The notes beneath the pieces were generated by a model. That model was not told where the DNA came from. It ran no database searches and was given only the letters and a program-made list of their open reading frames with translations. This document shows positions 13,515 to 25,940 of a DNA stretch of 64,000 bases, one piece after another. Made by a program: the position numbers and the translations under genes. The DNA is from Octopus bimaculoides. Its lineage: Eukaryota. The stretch is from positions 159,820,677 through 159,884,676 of the forward strand of contig NC_068983.1 in NCBI RefSeq assembly GCF_001194135.2. Reading direction: 5' to 3'. Position 1 is the first letter of the stretch, and every line of letters starts with the position of its first letter.

Positions 13515-14006
13515 AAATAATATATGAAGATGAGAAATACATATTAAGTTTCAGTATGTTACACACCTGTATTCACCTGTGTCTCACGTGTAACACGTGA
13601 GCTTTCTTAGTAGATACATTCTGTTATGTAAATGCACTCATTAAATTGTATAGTAATACATTGTCAATATTATATTGACTAGTGAAAGAGTTTTGTACCT
13701 CATTTTCAATGAAAATTTTTGAATAAAATATGGAGAAAGAATAAAATCTTGTACTGATTATACTGGTATTCTAATTACTTCAAATCAATGCGCTTAAAAT
13801 TGAAGATAGAAGTAATTAAAAAAGTAGTAAATGCTTGCAAAAATTACTGGACCCATTAAAAGATTTAGCATGTTAAAAATTATATTTATCTTCTGGCGTT
13901 GATAAATTTCATTAATATTTACCCTGAGACGAAGGGTCAACCATGAAGCAGAAGATTCGTCTTCTCACTACGACAGACAAACAAAAAACATAAACTATCA
14001 TGAAAC

Positions 14007-14045
<39 letters not shown>

Positions 14046-14067
14046 GCCTTTGCTAATGCAGACCATC

Positions 14068-14450
14068 TCTGTTTCCTTGGACTTTGTCATCATCATATTC
14101 TTCATCATTTAACTTCCGTTGTCCATGCTGGCATGGGTTGGACGGTTTGACCAGGGATGGTAAGCTGAGGGGCTGCACTAAACTCCAGTCTGATTTGCCA
14201 TGGTTTCTACGGCTGGATCCCTTTCTAACGCCAACCACTCAGAGACACGTGTTCCAGTTATGTAACATCGGCATCGGTCACATTGCGTCCGTGAGGCCCA
14301 GCGCACGAATGGAGCTGTGTAGGTGCCACTGGCACGGTTACTTGTTACGTGACACCGGCATCAATCACATTACCTCCGTGAGGCTCAGCGCTCGAATGGT
14401 GCTTTTTACGTGCCAGTTACGTGACACCAGCGTCGGCCACGACTATACGC
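14068..14450 (-). mobile_element. Non-autonomous retroposon (SINE-like) with internal tandem units
   Basis: Minus strand carries gttggcgttagaaagggatccagccgtagaaacc, close to the widespread SINE motif GGTTGGCGxCAGGAAGGGCATCC, and a (GAT)n-like tail near 14080. Internal 70-90 bp units beginning ttacgtgacacc are repeated. Confidence 0.6.
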
Positions 14451-15413
14451 GTACATTTATCCGTATATTCATGTGTCTATACGTACGTATGAATTCACGT
14501 ATATACGTATGGGATGCGGAAGGTAATTGGATTATTTGTATAATCCTCAAGTAACTGTGCTGGCAAGAAAGATATGATGTGAGTTTTCTTTGTTTGCAGC
14601 TAAGCTAGCTTCGTTACTTAATCGCTCGATATTATTAATTAGATAAATGGAACAAAAAGGTAGAAATTAATTAAGAAATGTATTAACTGTGTAATGAAAA
14701 ACCTCTAAATTAAATTAAATCCTAGACACAAAACTATCACTTTTATGCATTTTAATCTGACAGGGAAGATATTTTAGATATAGCTCATAGCTCATAGCGA
14801 CGTGGAACCACGAGTTTAAATGCAGCAGTGTACTTACGTATAATTATGTGTGTGTATATATGTATGTATATGTTTGCGTGAATGTGTATTTGTATGTATA
14901 TGTATGTGTATGTATATGTATGTGTTTGTATGCATGTGTGTGTGTGAATGCATCTTTCCTTTGAGATTTAAAACCTTTCCTCAGTAGAATTTAAGTCGGT
15001 CACTAACATAGTGACAAACACTTGAAATGAAAGTTACCCATAAAACTTGTGACAACATGAATTGGTTGGGGTGTACGTCCATGTGTGTGGGAATGTGTAT
15101 TGTTCTGGAGAATCCTCGTGATATTTTAGTAATTTACAATGTACTACTAATATATCACATTGAAAAAATGCGAATCAGTTTACATAGTCCCATTTGGGAA
15201 AATCCCAACATTCGGTGGCCTTTATGCCAATCTGTTGGTATATATAATCTATCTATAAGAACTGTAATATTTTCGTCATTTCCCCATAGATTTTCTCCTT
15301 TCCTTCAATTTTCATTGGATAGTTTCGCATATCCCGGGGAAGTTGTTTACTACAACATTGCCTGAGCATTCTTCTGTCCTCATGTGTATCTGTGCGTATG
15401 TATGTATGTCACT

Positions 15414-15810
15414 GTTAAGTTTTATTTCAAGATTTCGTGCAATACAGAAAGAGTGGGTTTCTAACCAAGATCCAAGGGACCTTCATTGGAATTTCAACAT
15501 CAACAACAGGGTATTTTTGTTTGTATGTATGTATGTATGTATGTATGTATGTATGCATGTGTTATGTCTCAGGCTAATGCTATCTAGCACCTTCGGATGA
15601 TCTCTACTCGATTGCTACTCAACAGTCACTCAACTTCTTCTACCACGGCTAGACTACCTCTATTTACATGTCTTCGGTGATCCTACTTCTTCGCTTGGAG
15701 TCGTCGACACAACAGTATGTATGTACGTTCTTATTCAGTTTATTTCAAGATTTCTTGCCAATAGAGAAAGAACCCTGTTTCTAACCTAGATCCAAGGTTC
15801 CTTCATTGGA
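15414..15810 (+). repeat. Two direct copies of an approximately 80-100 bp module separated by (TATG)n and unique sequence
   Basis: tttatttcaagatttcgtgcaatacagaaagagtgggtttctaaccaagatccaagggaccttcattgga (about 15420) matches tttatttcaagatttcttgccaatagagaaagaaccctgtttctaacctagatccaaggttccttcattgga (about 15739); the second copy runs into a gap. Confidence 0.8.
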
Positions 15811-16645
15811 NNNNNNNNNNNNNNNNNNNNNNNNNNNNNNNNNNNNNNNNNNNNNNNNNNNNNNNNNNNNNNNNNNNNNNNNNNNNNNNNNNNNNNNNNN
15901 NNNNNNNNNNNNNNNNNNNNNNNNNNNNNNNNNNNNNNNNNNNNNNNNNNNNNNNNNNNNNNNNNNNNNNNNNNNNNNNNNNNNNNNNNNNNNNNNNNNN
16001 NNNNNNNNNNNNNNNNNNNNNNNNNNNNNNNNNNNNNNNNNNNNNNNNNNNNNNNNNNNNNNNNNNNNNNNNNNNNNNNNNNNNNNNNNNNNNNNNNNNN
16101 NNNNNNNNNNNNNNNNNNNNNNNNNNNNNNNNNNNNNNNNNNNNNNNNNNNNNNNNNNNNNNNNNNNNNNNNNNNNNNNNNNNNNNNNNNNNNNNNNNNN
16201 NNNNNNNNNNNNNNNNNNNNNNNNNNNNNNNNNNNNNNNNNNNNNNNNNNNNNNNNNNNNNNNNNNNNNNNNNNNNNNNNNNNNNNNNNNNNNNNNNNNN
16301 NNNNNNNNNNNNNNNNNNNNNNNNNNNNNNNNNNNNNNNNNNNNNNNNNNNNNNNNNNNNNNNNNNNNNNNNNNNNNNNNNNNNNNNNNNNNNNNNNNNN
16401 NNNNNNNNNNNNNNNNNNNNNNNNNNNNNNNNNNNNNNNNNNNNNNNNNNNNNNNNNNNNNNNNNNNNNNNNNNNNNNNNNNNNNNNNNNNNNNNNNNNN
16501 NNNNNNNNNNNNNNNNNNNNNNNNNNNNNNNNNNNNNNNNNNNNNNNNNNNNNNNNNNNNNNNNNNNNNNNNNNNNNNNNNNNNNNNNNNNNNNNNNNNN
16601 NNTATATATATATACGCACATATGTGTGTGTGTGTGTGTGTGTAT

Positions 16646-17887
16646 AAAGTAATGGAGACACCTTAAAATTTCAAACAATTTTTTTTAATATGGAGTATTA
16701 CAACTTAAATTCTACGAGGTATGCGCTCGTACAAAGTTTGAATTGTTTCCAAAGGAATTTTTGTCCATTCTTCAGCTAAAACAGTTTCCATTTCTTGTAG
16801 TGATGATGATGGAAGATATCGACTCCTTACTTGCTTTTCTGAAATGTACCATAAATCTTCACTAATATTGAGACCTGGGGACTGTGGTGACCAGATAAGA
16901 TGTTCAACTTCGCTAAAATGTTCCTCGTGCCATTCACTAACAACTTTAGCTGTGTGAATTGGTGCATTATCATCCTGAAAGATTGCGTTACCTTCCGGAA
17001 ACAGTTCCGCAACCATAGGATGAATTTGATCTGATAAAATGCTTAAATAATCTTGACTATTCATTCTGCCAGGAAGGGAAACCATTGGGCCGGCGGATTT
17101 CTAAGATATATCCCCCCAGATCATCACAGATCATCCTCCATGTTTAACAGTTAGAAGAAGGCAGTCTGGATTAAATGCTTCTTTTGGCTGTCTCCACACG
17201 TATACTCGGCTGGTGGTCGAAAATAAGATAAAGGATGACTCGTTCGAGGAAATAATATTCTTCCACTGCTCTAGAGACCAATTCCGCAGGTTTTTACTCC
17301 ATTCTAAACGCTTTGCAACGTTTGTTTTTGAAAGTAGTTGTTTTCTGATTGCAGCCCTCCCGTGAAATCCGATTTTGTGCAGCCCCCGGCAAACAGTTTT
17401 TGTGAAAACTATGTTCTTCAGATGGTCATTGAGCTCTGCCATAATTTTGGGAGCTGTACTTACGTGATTCTTTCAAACAATTCGCGTAAGAGTCCGACAG
17501 TCTCTATCTGAATGTTTTGGTTTTCTTCCGGAGTTTTGCTTCGACGACGAGGTTTTTCTCTCTTTCTCAAAGGCTGTCGTTACTTTCGAAACAGCGCTTC
17601 TTGATAACCAAACATTTCGGCTGCTTTCGTTACGCTAGCGCCTGCCATACGAGCACCAACAATTTGACCTCTTTGAAACTCCGATAGATCTGTCATTTTA
17701 ATGAATATTAATTACCTTTTTCGGGTGATATCTGAAAAGAAACAGCAATTTTAGCAAAACATATTAAGCAACACTGATAATAAATAAAACAAAACATAAA
17801 AATAAACAAGCTTTTGACAGTTTTATAAATATTTAAAAATTATGATGCAATGATGCAAGGTGTTTCCATTATTTTGTCTAACCCCTG
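16646..17887 (-). mobile_element. Tc1-like DNA transposon, DD36E spacing (Incomer-like), about 1.25 kb
   Basis: Right TIR aggtgtttccattattttgtctaacccctg followed by TA (17858-17889). Inner part of the left TIR aaagtaatggagacacct (16646-16663). Disrupted transposase from ATG 17696 (MTDLSEFQRGQIVGARMAG..) to about 16705. Confidence 0.9.
16705..17696 (-). pseudogene. Tc1-family transposase pseudogene
   Basis: ORF pieces 17131-17442 (..SNESSF..VKHGG) and 16705-17085 (FQDDNAPIH..WSPQSPGLNISEDLW). 36 residues lie between the second catalytic D and the E. Confidence 0.9.
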
Positions 17888-18149
17888 TATATATGAACAT
17901 GCACATATATAAATTTTTATAATTTTATTCATATTTTATAACTGAATATTTTATTTTTTGATTAACTATAAATTTACCTTGTTTATATTTAGCTTTCCTC
18001 CATCATCTCTACTTACATTATTTATTGTTCTAACTTCTTTTTTATCTACTTTTCTTTATCTCTAATCAACTTTTAAACCCCTCGCCCGAGCATATAACGA
18101 AACAAATCATAAACCGCAACACTCACTCCGCTAAATGAATTGATAATCC

Positions 18150-18192
<43 letters not shown>

Positions 18193-18699
18193 AAAGATAT
18201 ATCTTTTTTCCTCTAATGAAATTATACCCATGTCACATAAATGTAAGTTTAACATACACATTTTGTAATTAACTTATTTAGCATTAATTCAAACGGCTGT
18301 AAGAAGCGAAGATGACCAATTTGATGTTAATAATAAACAGTTATTAACTTCCTAATCTTCGTTTTCTTTTCTTTTAAATGAATATAAACTATATATACAT
18401 ATTGTTTTAAGGGAATTTCATTCCTCCAAAATACAAGGTATTGAACCAGTGTTTCCATGGATGTAACCATTCCTTCACAAGGTTAACATATCCTCTAATT
18501 AAATTACACACACATACACACATTTATACATGCATATATACATATATATTTATATGCGTGTGGGCGTATATTTATAATTTAATATCTATATGCATAATTG
18601 TATGTCTATATACGAATATATGATACGAATATATATATATAAGTATATATTTATATATTTTATGCAAATATAAATACATGTATCTATATATATGTGTAT

Positions 18700-18758
<59 letters not shown>

Positions 18759-19643
18759 AGAGAGAGAGAGGGTTTGTGTCCGTATAGTGTAAGCAAGGGA
18801 GCTCATCGCTCCCATCTCTACCCCTACGTGATACTCATATGTATGCGCGCGCACAGACACACACACACACACACATATATATATAGTTATATGTGTATGG
18901 GCATTTATTTCTAAATGTATATCTCTATGTATAATTGTATGTCTATATATGTATATATGTTACGAGTATATTTATATTTATATTCGTACGTATAAGCACC
19001 TACGTGGACACACTCGTGCACATAACATATGGACTGTATATGCAATTATGTAACCCATGAAACTAGAGCTGAGTTTTATATAGCTTTAAAGCCTTACTCA
19101 AATATGAAACTAAAATATCTCAATATGTGTGAGTATATTTCCACAAAGATTTCAACCTTGATTTCATAAACTCCAACTGAATATATTGACGTCTTCACGT
19201 GCTTTGCAGCCTGTGAACATCGTGGTTTGTTAAGTTATGCCAGGTCATATGCTTTTAAATTGGCACAGAATATTTCATTCACGTTTTGTACATCTTGAAT
19301 AAATCAGTTCCTTAAGCCTCGCTATTTTGGTTAACGTACACAGGCCTTCAAAAAACGCTGAGTCGTATATTACACGAAATACTCTTAGATAGTCATCAAA
19401 ATTTGTCGAATAGTATATATCTCGTTGCAGTGTCACAAGTAAATAATTCTTCATCGTGCTATGAACCAAGATAAATTATATCCTCTAACCATTTCAGGTT
19501 ATTGAATTTGACCAAACATTGCAATTAACACAAATGTGTTTACTGAATCAGCAATTAATTTGTCCTACAGAATCGGACCAACAGGAAATTTACAAAATTT
19601 AGTATTACTCGCACATGTTTCCACAGCACGAAATATTGCATAT

Positions 19644-19689
<46 letters not shown>

Positions 19690-19752
19690 TATACATACAT
19701 ACATAGTACATGCACACACACACACAGACACACACACACACACACACAAATA

Positions 19753-19785
<33 letters not shown>

Positions 19786-20706
19786 ACATGTATCCATAAG
19801 CATGAATTATATTCGCAAGTATTATAACGTAATATTGATCAAATCAGCATGACCTATCACAATATTAAAAAAAAAATGTTGCCACTAAAATATACTAACA
19901 TATAATTAGAACCAAATTTCAAAGTTGTTACTTTTATACAAAAAATGAAAAATGACTGCCGTTGTAAGAATAGTTTCATTATGTAACAAAAACGGGTGAT
20001 ATATATATAAGCTGACCCCCAAAGAATGTAATTTGTAATTTGTAAATAACAATCCAAACAATTACATTATTTTGTCTTATCTTTTGTCTCATATAAATAT
20101 TATACGCAATGCTGGCTTTCTTTTAATTCTATTTGTCGTAGCAGGTTCTAAATGTCGAGCAAAATTTGCACTTACTGATGTTTGCAGACGTGTAAAACTT
20201 ATCTGAAAAATCTAATTGAGTATTTAGTGCCTGGACTGCGAAAGGTCAGAATCTGTAAGTTCATAAAAGATGTTGTCTACTATATTTTGCTAGTATTATT
20301 TGGTAATTTTTGAAAACATATTCTTGACAACAAAGTAATCACTCGACGTTCAGAGTTTCTGACTAAAGGTGATGGATTAAAACTAGGATTAAAATAAACT
20401 CTACGCGCATACTTTCCGAAGCATAGATTTTCGTTCTACATATCTTTAGATGTTCCCATTTGTGATCAAGTAATGTAAATTTCAGCGCAATAGGATGAAC
20501 AACACTCGATTTATAAGCGCACAAACATACAGAGAGAACTGATTTTATATATTAGAAGATATATATGTAGATAGACTTACTTGGAAATGGACGCGTGGCG
20601 TTCAGTCAAATAATAATATGAATAATATATATATATATATGCACATACATATATGTACATACATACATATATATGTATATAAGTATGAATATATGGGTAC
20701 GGACGT

Positions 20707-21304
20707 AACAAAGCGTAAACAACATGAAATGCGAAAATAAAGTTGGGTACGCAAAGAACGAGAGAAACAAATGGAAAACAAGACAAGTAACATAAAAAAT
20801 GAACCTTCATCAGTCGTCGGCTGTTCTTCTACTCTTTATTTTGGGCATTGAACGACAATATAAGACTTTGAAGGCTGTTGCTCCCGCGAAGCAAAATAAA
20901 ATTTGGGACTTGCGGAGGGTAAAAGTTGGTGACAAAAACAGAATATACAACAAACCAAACCAAACGAAAACAAACAGGGAGGGCGTTAGGCCAGACGAGG
21001 TAAGGTAGCGAACGCTGGAAGAAGATTCTTTCTTAAGAGAAAAGATAGGAGGAGAGACANNNNNNNNNNNNNNNNNNNNNNNNNNNNNNNNNNNNNNNNN
21101 NNNNNNNNNNNNNNNNNNNNNNNNNNNNNNNNNNNNNNNNNNNNNNNNNNNNNNNNNNNNNNNNNNNNNNNNNNNNNNNNNNNNNNNNNNNNNNNNNNNN
21201 NNNNNNNNNNNNNNNNNNNNNNNNNNNNNNNNNNNNNNNNNNNNNNNNNNNNNNNNNNNNNNNNNNNNNNNNNNNNNNNNNNNNNNNNNNNNNNNNNNNN
21301 NTGC

Positions 21305-21353
<49 letters not shown>

Positions 21354-21597
21354 TGAGAGAGAGAGAAAGAGAGAGAACAGTAAAGAATATCAAATCCCAA
21401 ATTTATTTGGGTTCGCGAGAGCATCTGCCTTCAAAGTCTTATATTGTCGTTCAGTGCACGAAATAAGGAGTAGAAAGACAGCCGACAACTGATGAAGGGT
21501 CGTTCTTTATGTTACTTGTCTCTTGTTTGCCATTTGCTTCTCTCGTTCTTTGCGTACCGAACTTTATTTTCGTATTTTATGTTGTTTACGTTTTGTA
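20707..21597. mobile_element. Foldback element 1: approximately 205-bp inverted arms (20707-20910 / 21393-21597)
   Basis: The arms align as reverse complements with scattered substitutions (e.g. gaacgacaatataagactttgaaggc vs gccttcaaagtcttatattgtcgttc). The spacer contains unique sequence, an N-gap and (TG)/(GA) repeats. Confidence 0.8.
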
Positions 21598-21714
21598 TAT
21601 ATGTATACCTATATACCTATATATGTATGTGTGTGTATGCGTGTGTGTGTGTGCAAATAAAACTTACTTGTTAATACAAATTCCGTGTGTTGCGTTCTAT
21701 TAATAATTGAAAAG

Positions 21715-22211
21715 ATGTATGGTAAATAAACAAATGGCATAACGTATACTGATTGTACAACCAGACGGGAGACAAACACAGAAGGTCCCTAATTCCACAT
21801 TAGTTATCAACCAATTGGTAATACTCTGTTTCGCACCATTAATGATGGGCTTCCCATACTGGCGGTACCTGCAAAAAATGTTAGGATATCTTCTAAGCGT
21901 TACCCACTATTCTTGTCCTCTTCGCCTCAAGACCGTATTTTTGCTCGTCTGTTTGTCCTTGTCCACCGTCCTAAATCACATTCTGTATTGTTTTGCTTTG
22001 TTTCGCTTGCTCTTGGCCCTGAATTCTACGCAAAAATAATTTTTAGCGGAGATCGCCGATATAGGAAGCCCTCACTCTTATCATTAATAGTGCGAAACTG
22101 AGTATTATCAATTGGTTGATAACTGATTGAGAATCAGGGACCTTCTGCGTCTGTCTCCCGTCCGGTTTTACACTCAGTATACGTAATGTCGTTTACTTAT
22201 TTACCATACAT
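21715..22211. mobile_element. Foldback element 2 (MITE-like): approximately 165-bp inverted arms (21715-21878 / 22041-22211)
   Basis: Left arm atgtatggtaaataa..cagaaggtccct..agttatcaaccaattggtaatactc..gtttcgcac matches the reverse complement of the right arm; spacer about 160 bp; no ORF. Confidence 0.8.
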
Positions 22212-22792
22212 TTTATTTATCATACGTTTTATTTATCATATATATATATATATATAACCTGTTATTGATTCCCCTCCGAGCCTAACCTGTAGTTCTTAGT
22301 ACCATACTCATACCACGCACCCGACCATATGACTATATGCTGTCGGAATTTTTTGCTACCAATCTTTCATTCAGCTACCTACCCACTTCAGCACACGTTC
22401 ATATATAAGCTCTGCTTTCTGCTAGCCGAACTCATCATCGTCTTTGACATTTTCGAGTAATCATTTTTATATTTTAAAGGTATGAATATCTACGCGATGT
22501 TCTGGACTGTAGTTCTCTTGGCCCCAGAAACGTCCAAACCAAATGTGTTGCTGACCTCAGTAACTTACTTGCGTTTTTCCCATACAACCTTTCTTGTACA
22601 CTCCAAATGAACTGTCAGTATTCTTATACATATCTTCTGATATAATGTACATGATAGCTTGCAAGGACTTTGTTACCCAAGGTAAGATGAAACACAATGT
22701 GAAAGATTTCTGTGCATTTCATAGACGTTCATTACATTGGGGCAGTTCTCAAACCAGTAGCCAAATATTTTATCACATAGGTAGTATGAATA

Positions 22793-23668
22793 TTTTCCAG
22801 ACTAATTATGTTTAATAAAAACTAAATTATTTACCTAAGTGTTAACATCATCTCCTTCGAAACTTGCACCTTGCACAGCAATACAATGGTCCCAGCGTTC
22901 GTGACACTTTTGGAATCGGGCCTAGAAGTCGTTTTTCGTAAGCGAGTCGAGGACCATCTGATAGTTGGTTTTGATCTTCAGAACGGTGTTAAAACGGCGA
23001 CTTTTGAGCTGCATTTTCATTTTGAGGAAGAGATGAAAGTCCACGGGTGCTAAATCAGGCGAATAGGGAGTTGTTTTTGGCGAGAAACTCACTAGTAAAG
23101 AGAGCTCGGTGACAGTGTGCATTGTCGTCGTGAAGAATCCAGTTCATGCTCCACAGATCTAGTCGCTTTCGCCTAATGTCCTTCCTCAAACGCTTCAAAA
23201 CGTCGCAGTAGAACTCTTGATTGATGGTCTGACGCTGCGGGGACGAATTGTCGATGCACAATATCGCTGATGTCGAAAAAATAAACAACAAACGGCGTGC
23301 ATGTTCTTCGTTGAACTACGGCTCCGTCGTGCGCCCGTACCATTGGAAATATTGGGTACGACCCATTGCCTCGTCGCCGTAAGCTTGCCGAAGCATGCTC
23401 AATGTCTCGGTAGCAGACTTCCCAAGATTAACGCAAAATTTCACGTTGGCTCTTTGTTCCAACTTCATGTCCATGACAAAAATTGCAGACTACAGCATAC
23501 ACGTGATCACAAGAACAAAAATCTCACAACTTGCGAAGTAAAGACCGCAATGTCGCTCGGCATACTGGCTCATGAAGTCTCTGCCAGCTCTCGGTGCACA
23601 TGTAACTGTGTGCTACCATCTGTAGGCAAGCTAGAAAACTAGTCCGACAACTTTTTGATCCCACCACG
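22793..23668 (-). mobile_element. Internally deleted mariner transposon
   Basis: TIR agtccgacaactttttgatcccaccacg followed by TA (23641-23670). Minus-strand MDMKLEQRANVKFCVNLGKSATETLSMLRQAYGDEAM (ATG 23474), then a jump to QTINQEFYCDVLKRLR..LHDDNA..PYSPDLAPVDFHLF. The other TIR is only partial (about 22793-22810). Confidence 0.9.
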
Positions 23669-24029
23669 TACAGATATAATTCTCCGATGGTCTGATGCAC
23701 TTTGGATCTATCGAGACATTAGACACAAGAAACAACGTCTTATCACCTACCTAGGTAACTTTACATAACTTTAATTAACGACTCAGCTTATTCTGAACTT
23801 GCTTCCTCCCTCGTTACACTACTTTCTATCTCCACTAATGAGAGTATCATGCGTGTCACTTTCAATGTGTGACTACTGGACGAATAATTGCACATACTAT
23901 GGTGACACGCATGTAGTCTTTCCATGTCGTATCTTTGCTTACTTTTCTACTTTAATTATTTCAACATTCTACCGTTAGTGAATTGACAGAGTCACTAGAA
24001 CTTTAGAAAAAAATGCAGTGTTTGTTGGT

Positions 24030-24160
24030 TTTTAGGTTCTGAGTTCAATTCCTTCCGCGACCAGCTTTGCCTTTCTTCAGGGTCGATAAAATGAGGTAAC
24101 AGTCAAGTACCAGGCCGATGTAATGAACTAATGCTCTCTCCCAAGCTTTAGGCGTTGTAT
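24030..24160 (+). mobile_element. SINE family B fragment
   Basis: gttctgagttcaattcc..ctttgcctttc..gggtcgataaaatga..gatgtaat matches other family B copies. Confidence 0.6.
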
Positions 24161-25799
24161 GTGCTACCAGCAAATATTTCAACGGTGTTTACTCCTTTCT
24201 ACTATCTTCTCGATCTCTATATTCATTACTTTGCCTTTTCCTTAAATTTCTGTTTATTTTTTTATGAATATTGCCCACTTTTCTTTATCTTCTATACGTC
24301 CTAGTAAATTTTTCGTTCTGATTGTTAGTTAATTAGTTTTTTCCTTCTCATTTCCACTAACGTTGTGTACGCCTTTGTAATTGCATACATATTCTTTCAA
24401 ACCATCGGCTCTTTTGCGCTCCCTTCTCAGTTATCTCTTAATTTACCTGGACTGGCCCTCACCTCCTCGCTCCAATTTCAACTTACCTGGCTCATCATAG
24501 AAACTTTGATCCGCTCCCTCTCACCCCACTATCCTACATATCCACCAGCTCATCTGTCACCTCTTCTTTCCTCACATCAACCTTTCATCATAGCTCCCCA
24601 GGTCTTCCATCTCTTATGGACAATTTTATGTTCGTGATATTAAGGCCTTCCTAGTCTCTCGCCTACAACAAGGCTTCAGTGTCCTTAACCTCATATACTT
24701 CAATATTTACAGCAATAAATTCTAGGAACTAAAGTCTTATATTTGCGCTGATGAATCGTAAACTCATTCAGTATCTCAGATATATTTTCAGTTGTTTCAG
24801 ATGAACTTGCATCGAAGGAGTTTCATCGGGAACCATCTCATTTCCTATTTTTAGACATAGTATATTTAAGATCACACTAACCATTGTGTCCTTCCTTTAC
24901 CAGAATGACAGGGTGTGATTCGAGAATGATTTGACTGCTTGAACTTCCTTGTTCGAATTGTTCAAGGTTATGGTATGTTACACTACCACTAACACAGTGA
25001 ACAAGCAACTCACATTAATTTACATGGAGTTGAAATCCAATGAAAAAACCCTGCCAAGCTAATTTCAGTTCTGTTTCCCATATAACATAATACATTTTGC
25101 ACATATTTTACACGGCGCACCTTCCATTAGTTTCCCATAAATTCTGTATTCATTAACCATATCTCGCTACTATGTTGTTCCATATAGATTACACATGCTA
25201 CACACAAGAAAATCTCTTTCGCTTTAGATACATTTCTAGGAAGAATAGTATTAGCTCTATTTGTATAGCGTTAATTCTGAGTGGTAGTGAACACACGTAT
25301 TTTGGAACACAATGTTACTTCAATAAGCTTTTCTTAGATATCTTAATTGTTGTAATTACTAGTGTGTGCGTACATGTCGTGAGCATAATTCCTTTAGTTT
25401 CTTCCAAATGGTGTCTCTGACGCATGAAACACTTTTATGAATTTTCAAAGAAGTTTCGCGTATATTCAATTTAGCTTCTACATAGGTGAAGCTTTGTATG
25501 CGACCAATCGACAGCTGATAGTTTAAAATAAGCTAATGATTGCAGTTGTTCAAATCTCTTGCCAATCTATGTATAATATACAATCATTAGTATTCTATTA
25601 CTAAACTATTATACGTGGCTGAAAATGAAGCAGGCTGGTCAGTATGATAAATCTCTCATCCTCATCTTTCCAAATCGATACTTATTGAATGGCCGTTATT
25701 ATAGTGAATACATTTTCTAATGAAACGCATTGAGTAGAATAAATGAAAATATGAAAATAAAGATTGAAACCCGTTGCTTCAATAAAAGGGATTTCAAAT

Positions 25800-25940
25800 T
25801 TAAACACAAGGCCAGAAATTTTAAAGAAAAATTCTAGTCAATTGTTTCGCCTCCAGCACTTAACTGGCTTTATTTTAAAGACTTCAGAACAATGAAAACC
25901 GAAGTCGACCCTGACAGTTTTGGAACACAAGGGATGTAAG
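25800..25940 (-). mobile_element. SINE family B, degenerate
   Basis: Reverse complement contains gggtcgacttcggttttcatt..taaaataaagccagttaagtgctgg..ctggccttgtgtttaaatttgaa. Confidence 0.5.

Noticed and set aside
19275-19469. Minus ORF as a hAT dimerisation domain
   Set aside because: Only vague similarity (LCTLTKI); it lacks the ERSFS motif.
21489-21498. CTGATGAAGG in both arms of foldback 1 as a hammerhead core
   Set aside because: No stem II/GAAA/stem III/UH arrangement conserved in both arms.
22260-22590. Possible solo LTR (TG start, TATA-like tatataagc, CA end)
   Set aside because: No convincing 4-6 bp TSD and no second copy in the window.
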